From positions 165,664,001 through 165,728,000 of the forward strand of contig NC_042999.1 of NCBI RefSeq assembly GCF_006345805.1: a DNA stretch of 64,000 nucleotides, given 5' to 3'. The notes under the pieces are model-generated. The model was not told the origin of the DNA, ran no database searches, and saw only the letters and a list, made by a program, of their open reading frames with translations. This stretch comes from Octopus sinensis (taxonomy: Eukaryota). Of this stretch, positions 1 to 11,490 are shown in pieces. The position numbers and the translations under genes were made by a program. The stretch's first letter is position 1, and each line of letters opens with the position of its first letter.

Positions 1-140
1 CTTCATCTTTCAGGGCTCATTTCTCTAACAGGCTGCTGTTATCCCTATTTTGCAGAGGAAATCGGTTGTACAGGGTCCTAGAACACTTGACATCTCAATG
101 GCAACTAGCACAGACTGATAGCAGCCCTCCAGGCCCCTAC

Positions 141-640
141 CATCATCATCATCATTTAACGTTTGCTTTCCATGCTGGCATGGGTTGGACAGTTTGACTG
201 AGAACTGGCAAGCCAGGGTGGCTACATCAGGTTCCAAGGTTTCTACAGCTGGATGTCCTTCCTAATGCCAACCACTCTGAGTGTAGTGGGTTCTTTTTAC
301 CTGCCACCGGCACTGGCATCAACCACGATCAAACAGTGCTTTTTACATGCCACCAACATGGGTGCCAGTCAGGTAGCACCGGCATCAGCCACAGCAACGA
401 TTTCACTTGACTCAACAGGTCTTCGCAAGCACAGCTTATTGCCCGACGATTGAAGGGTACCTTTAAATGGGCTGGTTATGTGACACAGGTATCAGCCACA
501 GCTACAATCTCACTTGCCTTGCCAGGTCTTCTCAAGCATAGCATGTCTCCAAAGGTCTCAGTCACTTGTTATTGCCTCTGTGAGGCCCAATGTTCAAAGG
601 TCGTGCTTCACCACATCATCCCAGATCTTCCTGGGTCTAC
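141..640 (-). mobile_element. SINE family A ((GAT)n-tailed, with internal ~60-70 bp repeats)
   Basis: (CAT)n followed by tttaacgtttgctttccatgctggcatgggttggac...ctacagctggatgtccttcctaatgccaaccac, a block shared by about 10 copies in the window. Confidence 0.8.
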
Positions 641-949
641 CTCTTCCACAAGTTTCCCCCCCCCCCCACTGTTAGGATGTCCACATTACAGGCAGTGACA
701 CCTATGCTTGCAGCCAAAATGTTCTTCCTAACTACTTAATGAAACGCTAACAGTACAGATAAACCTATGACCTATGAGTGTAATTCATTATAATAATAAT
801 GAACTTATTGTATACAGTGCTCAGTTCCACTACGACTCATCAGAAAAAGTTGCATAAACAGTACTTAGAATAATGCACAGGAAGTGGACAATGAACAAGT
901 TGGGGAAAAAAGGTAGGAACATCAGGTGTACTTTGTTGGATTTCAGGAA

Positions 950-1899
950 TGATGGAAATTTTGAAGGGAGCAATGTCCCAACAGCCAACTACTGATGCAG
1001 ATGTTTTTTCTCCATGCTTCAGTAATTCTGAGCATGAAAAAAAATTTTACAAAAGTGATGGGTGTTGTGTTGTTTTTTTGATTTCTAAGCATGTCCATGA
1101 GTGTTAGACACAGAATTCAAAAAAGTGCCCAAGGTTTTTGTTGGAAAGATAATGGATAACCTTGTGATCGTCTACCAAGTAACTGCCGTACCTCAGAGCA
1201 AGATGCTCAGAGTATGGTAGATGCCTGACAGTGGGTATTTGTTTGGTTGCACGTTTCTAAACAGTTTCCAGGAGACTGATATCCTGAGCAAAATAGGGAT
1301 TCCAGACTGGTGATGCAAACTCTAAGTGTGAACATAACATAGTCATATACAATTTTAAAGATAGCTGGAGAGTGGCTGACAAAGGTCTTACTCAGTGTTA
1401 CTAAGACACTCTCAACCTTTTTGACAATTTTAGAGTTGTGGCTTGTCCAACACAAATTGCTGTTGACAATAATACCCAGGTCACATTCACTAACCGATTT
1501 CTGAAGAGGGAGTATGTAAAAGCTAAATTTTCCTCACAGAATGCATGATGGTGCACTTGTCCACAGCCAGCTTGAGTTACCAGTCAGTATTCCATTGCTC
1601 CATTGTGTCCAGGTCTGATTGCAGGAAAGATCCATAGTGTATAGGATCTGTTCTTTCTATCTCAAGGTACAGCTTGATGTCATCTGCATATTTCAACACT
1701 GCAACATTCAAGCTGGCATCTATATTATTAATATATGCAACAAACAACAGGGACCCAAGAATGGATCCCTATGCTAAACCAGATGCTGAATGCTGTCCTG
1801 GAACTGTGACTACTTCTTTTTGACTGAGAATGAAGGACTTCAACCAGTTATAAAAATTATCTTTCACATCCATTGCAGAGGATTTTGACATTCTTTCAC
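950..1899 (-). mobile_element. CR1/L2-group LINE, degenerate RT C-terminal fragment
   Basis: Minus strand reads ...GSILGSLLFVAYINNIDASLNVAVLKYADDIKLY...WQLKLAVDKCTIMH...SHLEFASPVWNPYFAQDISLLETV..., including the YADD motif and the CR1-type LEFASxVWNP; stops and frameshifts present. Confidence 0.85.
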
Positions 1900-1915
1900 T
1901 CTCTCTCTCTCTTTC

Positions 1916-1949
<34 letters not shown>

Positions 1950-1970
1950 CTGCTCTGTATGTATGTGTGT

Positions 1971-2012
<42 letters not shown>

Positions 2013-2026
2013 GAGAGAGAGAGAGT

Positions 2027-2385
2027 GTGAAAGAATGTCAAAATCCTCTGCAATGGATGTGAAAGATAATTTTTATAACTGGTTGAAGTCCTTCATTCTC
2101 AGTCAAAAAGAAGTAGTCACAGTTCCAGGACAGCATTCAGCATCTGGTTTAGCATAGGGATCCATTCTTGGGTCCCTGTTGTTTGTTGCATATATTAATA
2201 ATATAGATGCCAGCTTGAATGTTGCAGTGTTGAAATATGCAGATGACATCAAGCTGTACCTTGAGATAGAAAGAACAGATCCTATACACTATGGATCTTT
2301 CCTGCAATCAGACCTGGACACAATGGAGCAATGGAATACTGACTGACAGCTCAAGCTGGCTGTGGACAAGTGCACCATCATGCAT
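2027..2385 (+). repeat. Inverted duplicate of 1541-1899 (CR1 RT fragment)
   Basis: Reverse complement of 1541-1899 with 3 clustered substitutions by my manual comparison; separated from it by a 127-bp microsatellite spacer. Confidence 0.95.
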
Positions 2386-2934
2386 ATATATATATATAAA
2401 GCAAAACAGAACAAGAGTTTGTTCATAAAATATTTAGTAACAGCACCTTATGTGCATTTTGTTAAGAAATAAAAATACCAGTTATATAAGAAAAACCTTA
2501 TAAGCAGATTGCATTGTCAAATCTTCAGAAATTGCATAATTCTTATTAGTAACTTTTTGTATTTGTACTATCAACTGCTAAATACATATGTAGTTCTAAA
2601 TGCTGTTTATTTGTCTTGCAAATTAAATTAAATTTAAATCATACACTATATATATATATATATATATATATAAGGTTTTGACCTGAAGACAGAACAAGTG
2701 GTGACCAAATTCTAAAAGACCAAACAATTAGAACACCATAATACCATAATAGTGAAAAATCAAAGCTCCAAATTTTGTATTTTTTAGGGGAAAATAAGAA
2801 GGAAAATGGTTTTAAAATATTTAGTCATGAATGAAATTTATTTGAGAAGCATATTATAAGATATATATTTAAAAGAAGAAAATGGCAGTATATTGAAGGA
2901 ATACAATATCAAATGCAAAAGTCTAAACAATTTA

Positions 2935-3200
2935 TCGGTGGCACGTGAAAAGCACCTTTCAAGTGTTGGGCCTCACCCATTAAGCCAAGTAAAATCACAA
3001 TCATGGTAATACCGGGGTCATGCAAATGGCACGTAAAAGTACCCATTACACTCTTGGAGTATTTAGTGTTAGGAAAAGCCTCAAGCCATAGAAGCTATGC
3101 CGAATCAGACTGGTGTCTGGTGCAGCCTTCCAGCTTGCCAGCCCTGGTCAAACTGTCCAACCCATGCCAGCATGAACAACATGATGATGATGATGATGAT
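2935..3200 (+). mobile_element. SINE family A, 3' part
   Basis: gtgttaggaaaagcc...tccaacccatgccagcatg followed by a (GAT)n tail. Confidence 0.75.
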
Positions 3201-3379
3201 GAATTTCATTCTTTAAATTTCTGCATTCTTCAATATTTTTCTTCTTTTCTTTCTGTATAAACATTAATTAGCCAAGTATTGATCGACCAAACTGAAAGAG
3301 TGAGGGCAAAAGAAGATAAATAAGAGCAAAAAAACTAATTTTAGCCTATCGAAATTTAGTATTTTAGTCAATCCTTTTT

Positions 3380-3527
3380 TTGTGGTAAGAAGCTTGCTTC
3401 CCAACCACATGGTTCTGGGTTCAATCCTACCATGTGGCACCTTGGGCAAGTGTCTTCTACTACAACCTCAAGCTAGCCAAAGTCTTGTGAGTGGATTTGG
3501 TTGACAGAAACTGAAATAACCCCATCA
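3380..3527 (+). mobile_element. SINE family B, tRNA-like head
   Basis: tgtggtaagaagcttgcttcccaaccacatggttctgggttcaatcc...gtggatttggttgacagaaactg, followed by (GT)n(TA)n. Confidence 0.8.
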
Positions 3528-3571
<44 letters not shown>

Positions 3572-3574
<3 letters not shown>

Positions 3575-4870
3575 GAAATTTACAGAAAAACAAAAGACAA
3601 AGACAAGTGTATGAACAACAAACAGGTGTATTAGTTTAACATTCAGGAAGGTGAGAATGTCTTTTACATTGCATGCCTACGCTCTTCAACAGAAAGGAAC
3701 ACAAAGAAATAAACAGAGAGAATAAAAAAAAACTTTTGGAGCTTGCCGGACAGGGGTAGTTACACAGATGAGCTAGGAAGAAGGGAAGATAATAAAGTAT
3801 TGGTGATCTCAAAACGAAGGTGTATGTACATGTGTATGTGAGAGTAAGTGTGTGCATCTGTAATGTGTAGATGATGGTGTGGGTGCTGGGAAGTGGTCAG
3901 TGCTAGTGTGTGTGGGGGGTGATGTGATGGTGTTGGGGTGTGGGATGTGAGGATGGGGTGTGTGTTTGGGGTAAGGATGTGGGGTATGTGAGAGTGGAAT
4001 GTGTGGGGTGGGATGTGTAGGGGTGAGGTGTGGATGGAGGATGTAATGAGGAAGGGAGAAGGTGGGTAGGAGTGAAGAGAGGTCGTAGGTGTCAGGGCAA
4101 AAGAGGAGAGGTGGGTTGGAATGAAGAGAGGAAGTAGGTGTGAGATGAAGAGAGGAGGGGAGGGGAGGGAAGTTGAGCCCATGTGGCACAAAGGTGCAAA
4201 GAGAGAAGATTAATTCCTGTTCACGGTGAAGGCAAGAGTCCGGATGGCCCCTGTGCAAAGACAATCCAAACACAGACAGGTGTTATAATGAATGACCGGT
4301 AGAGCAGAAATGGTCTGAGACTGGGGTGTCGTTGTCAAGTCTAATGTCTTGGAGGTGCTCCACAAACTGGTCAGTCAAGCGGCATCCTGTTTGACCTATG
4401 TACAGAGGACAGAAAGAGCAGATGCAGTTAATGACGTTGCTAGAAGTGCATGTAAAGGATTCAGTGATATAATAAGGATGATGATGGGTGCCTGTGAGGA
4501 TGGTGGTGTTGGAGAGGTAGGGGCAAGTGTTGCAGCAAGGGAATGAGCCAGGCTGGAAGGTGGAAGAAACTGTGGATCAGGAGGTCACGTAAGTTATGGT
4601 TTCATTTAAAGGAGGGGAGGGGTAGGTTGGGGAAGATGTGTGAAGTGGAGCGGGGTCAGACTGGAGTCACTGGAAGGCTCAGAGAATGGTGCATTGGAGA
4701 GGTAGGGTGGAGGGGTGGTAGGTGAGGGGAAATGGGAGACAGGCAACAGTGGGGTGGGGGTGGGGAGAGAGAGCAGAGGCATGGTCCATGGAACATGCTC
4801 TGGCAAGGGCATCTGGATAGTAGTGAGGGGATATCCACGAAGGATGAAGTGGATATATATGTATATGGAG
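3572..4870 (-). mobile_element. Penelope-like element 3' fragment (RT thumb, GIY-YIG endonuclease, terminal repeat)
   Basis: Minus strand reads HFILRGYP..., NLRDLLIHS, NVINCICSFCPLYIGQTGCRLTDQFVEHLQDIRLDNDTPVSDHF and EQELIFSLCTFVPHGLN, i.e. the GIY-YIG of PLEs. The terminus matches the 19815-20307 and 56404-56605 terminal sequence. Confidence 0.85.
3659..3697 (-). ncRNA. Decayed minimal hammerhead ribozyme motif
   Basis: Minus strand cctttCTGTTGA-A-GAGC-GTAG-GCAT-GCAA-TG-TA-aaag. Stem II and GAAA are mutated relative to the 20184 and 56501 copies. Confidence 0.5.
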
Positions 4871-5065
4871 TAATAACAATCCTTTATAGCTTTTATGGGT
4901 GCACTCAAAAATGTTTCACATCAACAGATTTAAAGGATATATATATATATAATATATATATACATACATACATACATACATACATACATACATACATACA
5001 TACACACATACATGCATGTATGCATGCATGCATACATACATATATATGTATGTATATATTTATAT

Positions 5066-5285
5066 GTGTGTCTTTATGTCAGTGTTTGTCCTCCATCACC
5101 ACTTGACAACTGGTATTGGTATGTTTACGTCCCCATAACTTAGCAGTTCAGCAAAAATGACTGATAGTATAAGTACTAGGCTTAAAAAATAAGTCCTGAA
5201 GTCAGTTTGTTCAATTAAAATTCTTCAAGGCAGTGCCCCAGCATGGCCACAGCCAAATGACTGAAGCAAGTAAACGATAAAAGAT
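5066..5285 (+). mobile_element. SINE family B, 3' half
   Basis: gtgtttgtcctcc...ttgacaactggt...ataagtactaggc...cagcatggccacagccaaatgactgaagcaagtaaa, preceded by a (TACA)n tract at about 4936-5065. Confidence 0.8.
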
Positions 5286-5589
5286 ACATTCATAGTGCGA
5301 TTAAGAACTGTTTGCTATTTTGTCATGTTTTAGGATAAAGAATTTAAGGATGTTCTCCATACCATTCAGGATCCTCATAGATAGGTAGAATGAATTAAGG
5401 AGAGACAGTATCTGTTTTTGAAGAATTGTTCTGATAGGAGTTCATTTGTATCTCGCAGTTACTGGCCAACAATAAAACCCAGCAAGTAAACTTCACTATG
5501 TATGGCAATGAACTGTGTCTCTTTACGGTATCTATTTATATTCTAGTAAAATGAGCTATGAAGAGGTAAGTGCTTTTGTCAGGTACCTG

Positions 5590-5790
5590 AGGAAAAAAAT
5601 TGACTTCAGATTTTGGTACGAGGCCAGAAATTTGGGGGAGGGTGTAAGTTGATCACATTGACCCCTGTGGTGATCTGGTACTTATTTTAACAAACCTGAA
5701 AGGATGAAAGGCAAAGTTGACTACATTGGAATTTGAACTCAGAATGTAAAAGCAGATAAGATGCCACTAAGCATTTTGTCCAGTACGCTC
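5590..5790 (-). mobile_element. SINE family C, degenerate
   Basis: Reverse complement of the ...gagttcaaattcc...tttgcctttcatcctttc...aataagtaccag... block. Confidence 0.7.
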
Positions 5791-6254
5791 ACTGCTATCC
5801 CTGAGGTAGAACCTGTTCACGTTTCACTTATTTGACTAGTCAAATTCATTGCAGGTAACAGGTAATTACAGAAAAAAAACCCCTTCAGATTTCCTCTAAT
5901 GTTTATCTTAATTAGGTTTTCATTATTTCCAACTTTTTGTCTCTATTTCACTATGTTAATCAAACTTGTGATAGCTTCAGAGGAAAAAGTTCTCCAAGAA
6001 TATGTATGTATATCTCTGAAAATTGAAACTAGAACCCACTACTTCATTATTAAGAGTCCTTATCTTATAAATAAGACAAGAACTTTGGAAATTCATGAGT
6101 AATAGTGCAGCTGAAATATTACAATCTCTGTAGATGGTATAATGTACAAAAGATGCTTTGAATAAATTTCACAAGGTGTATGAAATGACCAGAAAATGGG
6201 ATATTATAGTATTAAAATTAGTGGATTCTTCTTGTCACTGTTGGTTTGATTTTG

Positions 6255-6460
6255 AAGAGTATTACTATAATAGCAAGTTTATTGATTTCAAATTTGGGCA
6301 CAAGGCCAGAAATTTGGGGGAGGAACTAGTTGATTACATCAACCCTGAAAGGATGAAAAGCAATGTCAACCTCAGCAGAATTTGAACTCAAAACATAAAG
6401 ATGGATGAAATACCACTAAGCATTTCACCCAGTGTGCTAACAATTCTGCCTGCTCCCTGC
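6255..6460 (-). mobile_element. SINE family C, degenerate
   Basis: Same block as 5590-5790 (ccctgaaaggatgaaaagcaatgtcaacctcagcagaatttgaactc). Confidence 0.7.
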
Positions 6461-8419
6461 CCTTATACTAGCAAGTATATTAATGGTATAAATATATTAG
6501 TATGTATTTAATGTATGGGAAATAATACTAATTTCTCTTAGTTGGTATTATTATTTTCAATTGAACAAAAAGCCATTAATGCATCTGGAATATTTGAACA
6601 AGCATCTGTTTTCTTTTTATTGGGATGAGGTGAGGGTTCAGTCTCTTGTGTAATGTTTTTTGGTGACTAATCAGAAGTATAGTTTTTTGGTAGTATTTTA
6701 TTGTTAGTAATAATCTACTAAATAGCATTCACATGTAATTTCACCTGTCTGTCAAGTATCTTTACCTACAATTAGTGTTCAGGTTACTTTGGAAGAAAGT
6801 GAGTATTGTCAGTAATTTTTTGTGTTTATATACCTATTTCAATATTATGATAACAAAATAAATATCTCATGACAATGTCTGTTAGAATTTTTTGTCCTCT
6901 TCCATGGTAAAAGTACTTTAGAACATGTTGAAGTGAAAAGTGGGATGAGCACAGATTGAACTGTATCAGTTCAAATAACACAAACTACTAAATTACTCAG
7001 CAGTAATAGTAGTTAACAAATTGCTATATCATAGAAAAATTGTTCAATAATTTTTTTTTTATCCTAAGTCCTAGCAAAGCTTTTGACAGAAACCAGTTAT
7101 ATGGTTGGTTAAATTTGTAATCACTATAATATATATAACTAAATCTTTATGAATTAGACTGGTAAGTTCATTGTAAAAGAAAATTTATAGCTTTCTATGT
7201 CAAGACCTGTATCAGCTATATCTTTAGCAAAAACTATTTGCCTGCTAAATTCCACTATACTGAAATATATCAAAACATGAAATATCTTATTTGAGCATTT
7301 TATTTATTAAAATTTTCCGATGCTGACAATCTTATATTTTTTATTATTTTAAACAAATGCTTAACCATAGATATGGAAAGAAGTATCATGCCATGCATTG
7401 AGAAAAGGTATAGTTAACTCAAACATTTCCCACCTGCTGCATATCTTTCTGTGCTATTTTAGTGACACGGACCCCCTTGTGCACTCAACTCAGACTACTT
7501 ACCTCCATAGAAAATAACTTGATATTTCTCCCACTAGCTGTGAATTTTCTTCTCATTCTAACTTTGCCGAGGAATGTTTTGTGTTTGTGAATTCTCTGTA
7601 ATCTTGCCAACTATATTACTATGCTGTTCTTGGAGCTAATTAGTAGCTGCTGAATAATGATAGTTCTTATTATCAAAACAAATATTGAAGATGTGGTAGT
7701 TGGTGAAGCATATACCAGTAGATTGAGTTGTTTTCGTCATCTCTGCTTGAAATTAAATATGAGTGTCTTTGGCATAATTATGTAAGCAATGGAAGTTAAC
7801 ACTGATGTGTTGAATGGAAGTTAACCTACAGCTTTCATAATTCTTTCTTGAATCACTTTTCACAATTGTTCATTGAACCACTTACGTAAAGATGGATTAT
7901 TGTTAAAACTATTTCCAATGATTATTTACTTACAAGATATTTAGTTAATTCATGAAAAGGTTAAATCTTTCAATTATAATTTAACTCCAGGTCAGCCTTG
8001 ACTTTATTTTTCACAAATTTAACCTAGAATAAAGAAATTATTGAAAGTTATTCTAATGTACATCAACTACTTGAAAATTCTAATTTATATGGAGGGTTTT
8101 TTTTTTCTCATTGCCATTTCAGTATTCTTCTGAAATTATTAGTGACATTGAATCGTTAAAATAACTTGACTGCCATGTCAGGGATCATGAGTTTAAATCC
8201 ATTGCAGATGTTCTTTTGTGTCTATTAGACATCATTTAGCTGTCATGAATGGCTACGAGCTCTGAAGTTATTACTTTGATACATGGAAAAACCCACTCTA
8301 ACTTTTAGTATACTAATTTTCTGCATTCCGTTTCTATATTTTTTTTACTATTAATCTAACAGTTCTATTTTTGTGTTGTCTTTTTTTTTCTGCTGTTGAT
8401 ATTACAGTCCTTGATAAAG

Positions 8420-8630
8420 GTATTGCACTGGCAGAATTGTTAGCATGCCAGGCAAAATGCCTTATGGCATTTCATCTGTATTACGTCCTGAGTTCATATG
8501 CCACTCAGATCAACTTTGCCTTTCATTTTTGAAGGGTTGTTAAAATAAGTACCAGTTAAGCACTGGGGTCAATGTAATCAATTTACCCCCTTCCCCCAAA
8601 CTTGCTGGCCTTGTGCCAAAATTTGAAACC
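8420..8630 (+). mobile_element. SINE family C
   Basis: ctggcagaattgttagcatgccaggcaaaatgc...aaaataagtaccagttaagcactggggtcaatgtaatc. Confidence 0.75.
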
Positions 8631-8919
8631 GAGTTAACACTTATTTATTTACATTGTTTTGAATTGACCATAGTTTATCTTGCAGCTTCAAGCTTTTGAT
8701 GATGTGATTGATTATTTTAAGAATGACACTGTAGGATAGGTGTGAGAGGCTGGATTTGGCCAGTTTGAACATAAAACAAAAGTGGAATATTTTGGCTGAA
8801 TAGGATCGGTTTAAATGCTAAAGGTTTAAAGGGTAACTGAATTACAAAACAAAAAGCTAGCATCATTAACCTGGAAGGTTAATTGCAATGCTAAGTTCAG
8901 CAACTATTATATTACGTTC

Positions 8920-9140
8920 ATTCTTTTATTCTTTTACTTGTTTCAGTCATTTGACTGCAGCCATGCTGGAGCACCGCTTTGAAGGGTTTTAGTCAAACAA
9001 ATCGACCCCAAAACATTTTTTGTTAGCTTAGTACTTATTCTTTTGCCAAACCACTAAGTTACAAGGATGTAAACACACCAACATTAGTTGTCAAGCGATA
9101 GTCGGGGTAGAAACACAGACTCAAAGACACACACACATAA
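8920..9140 (-). mobile_element. SINE family B, 3' half
   Basis: tcttttacttgtttcagtcatttgactgcagccatgctggagcaccgc...ttgtcaagcgatag. Confidence 0.8.
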
Positions 9141-9154
9141 ATAGATATACATAC

Positions 9155-9415
9155 ATAACTGGCACTCTGTTAGTTACAGCAATGAGGGTTCCAATTGATC
9201 CGATCAACAGAACTGCCCCTGCTCATGAAATTAACATGCAAGTGGCTGAGCACTTCGCAGACATATGTACCCTTCATGTAGTTCTTAGAGAGATTCAGCG
9301 TGACATAGAGTGTGACAAGGCTGGCCCTTTGAAATACAGATACTACTCATTTTTGCCAGCTGAGTGGACTGGAGCAATGTGAAATAAAGTCTCTTGCTCA
9401 AGGATACAACATGTC
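9155..9415 (-). mobile_element. SINE family D, partial
   Basis: Ends with gactggagcaatgtgaaataaagtctcttgctcaagga, shared with 51340-51380. Confidence 0.55.
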
Positions 9416-9594
9416 TCTGGGAAACATATATATATAGAATAGAATACTTATACTTATATTCTATATAATTATATATCTCTAAAAGGTTTTTTATATGCTG
9501 GCCACTGATAAATTCATTAATTTTAATGATTTTATCCCTTAATTGTATTAAGTGTGTGTATGCGCACACGCACGTGTGTGTGTGTATGCACGCA

Positions 9595-9646
<52 letters not shown>

Positions 9647-9649
<3 letters not shown>

Positions 9650-9789
9650 ACAGTTTGATTCAAATTCATTGGTATTCTGAGTTTCAAAGTGTAATGTTAA
9701 TCCTCAGCTGTTGGAAATTTCTAATAGCTGAGGATCAAGCACCATGCTTTGAAACTCAAAGTACCAACAAATTTGAATCAAACTGTTTT
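9647..9789. repeat. 143-bp imperfect palindrome (MITE-like)
   Basis: aaaacagtttgattcaaatt...tcctcagctgttggaaa|tttctaatagctgagga...aatttgaatcaaactgtttt. Confidence 0.85.
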
Positions 9790-9856
9790 GGCCCACACAT
9801 GTAACTCCTGATAAATGTATTGAGTACCCTTCTTTCATTTGTCCACTCGCTTGTGT

Positions 9857-11292
9857 CTATATATATATTTTCATTTAAAACAAGATTTTATTCTCATAAA
9901 AATTCATTTAAATACCCAGAGAATAGGAAGAAAACCAGCCTAGCAAAATATGTCTGGGAACTAAAAGAAAAGAAAGCCCCACCTTTCAACGTGACATGGA
10001 GCATTCTGGACAGGGCGGCACCATACAGGCATGGAGCTTACAAAAATAATTTCAAGTGCAGACTTTGTCTATTAGAAAAAATGTACATCTTATTCAAAGA
10101 CAATAATTCTTTGAATCAAAGAAGTGAGTTAATGAACTTATGTAGGCACGCGGCTAAATTTAAAATGTCGAATATAAATATACCATATGGATAGAGTATA
10201 TATTTTGTATTTTTGATTTTGATTTTGACTCTTGAGCGCTACGATGGATTTTGATTTTGTTTCCAAGCTATACGGATCTTAATCCGTATAGCAAAGTCTT
10301 ATGTTTCTACATATATATTAGGAAAAACCTACAAACTTTGTTTTCATGTTATTGTATTGCATAGGATTACCTTGATTATTTATATTACCTTGATTATTTT
10401 TAAATGACCCAAAATAGGAAGTTATATTTTATTTTATATGTCTTTCGTATATATTTTTATTAATGCACCCATTTTTAAAAGCAATGTTTTTTAAAAAAAG
10501 CAATGTTGTCAAAATTAGAATGTTTATATAAGTATGTGTATAGCAAAGCATATGTATTTGTAAGCATGCGTATCTGTGTATGTGTAAGTGAAAGTATGTT
10601 TGTGCTTAAGCACACATATACACGACGGTATGTATATGTATCCATTCAAACTTGTGTATGTATACTGGCCTCTATAGATGCCAACAACATCGTTACACTG
10701 CTTGTATACATAATTTTTTTCTTATTTCGTTTTTTTCCCCACCCCTCCTTCGTTCCTTTTTCTCTCTTTCCCTTTCTTTCGTTCCCCCTCCTTGCTCAGT
10801 ATAAGAGAATTGCTACATAGATGAATTTTAGCTTGCGTGCGAGACGGTTTGCGTGAATATATGTACACATGCTTTTATGTGTATAATTTAGATTTATATT
10901 CATACGTCTGTATATGTATGTATGGCGTTTACGCGCATCCTTTTGTGTATGTTGATATATATATGTGGATTTTAATATAAATATGTATTGCAGTATTTAT
11001 AACAGGTTTAATTTCTATGCATTAATTTGCACTGTCTTCATTAACGTCAATAGGTTTTTTCCTCGGATTTTATAATTTTTATAAGTTTTTTATATATATA
11101 CATATATTTTTGACCTTTTTGTTTATCGCTCGAAGATTGACCGTTTTTTCTAAAGGGCCAATCAAACAAGTCCATTTCTTTTTAAAGGTGTAGCGTTTGT
11201 AAGAGTATAGATTGAATTGATATATCAGTTCCATTCTAGCAAAAACTGTCTGATGAACGGCAACGAGAAACTCAGAGTAACAGATTTTGTTG
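9857..11292 (+). mobile_element. Second Penelope-like element, 5'-truncated (GIY-YIG C-terminus, long 3' region, terminal hammerhead)
   Basis: ORF 9820..10194 reads KTSLAKYVWELKEK...VTWSIL...KCRLCLLEKMYIL...SLNQRSELMNLCRH, the PLE endonuclease C-terminus. Flanked by (TA)n on both sides. Confidence 0.85.
11238..11291 (+). ncRNA. Type I minimal hammerhead ribozyme motif
   Basis: agcaaaaactgt-CTGATGA-acggcaacga-GAAA-ctcagag-TA^acagattttgtt. Stem I is 12 bp with one mismatch; predicted GUA cleavage after 11279. Confidence 0.8.
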
Positions 11293-11344
11293 AATTTTCT
11301 GCTGCTTAAAATAAAGTATATATATATATATATATATATATATG

Positions 11345-11490
11345 TGATAGGCTTTTTTCAGTTTCCATCTACCAAATCCACTCACAAGACTTTGGTCAGT
11401 CCAGAGCCATAGTAGAAGACACTTGCCCAAGGTTTCACGCAGTGGGACTGAACAAGAAACCATGTGGTTGGAAAGCAAGCTTCTTACCAC
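11345..11490 (-). mobile_element. SINE family B head
   Basis: Reverse complement of ggtgtggctgtgtggtaagaagcttgctttccaaccacatgg...gaaactgaaaaaagcc. Confidence 0.8.

Noticed and set aside
1769-2157. Opposite-strand ORFs with identical N- and C-terminal peptides
   Set aside because: A by-product of the inverted duplication and microsatellites, not genes.
5547-5565. Micro-exon-like ttctag|TAAAATGAGCTATGAAGAG|gtaagt (MSYEE)
   Set aside because: Good splice signals, but only 19 nt and no match to CFAP300 or any protein I recognise; needs RNA-seq.
7060-7400. Possible very old CR1/L2 RT trace (SKAFDR)
   Set aside because: A single short motif; too decayed to delimit.
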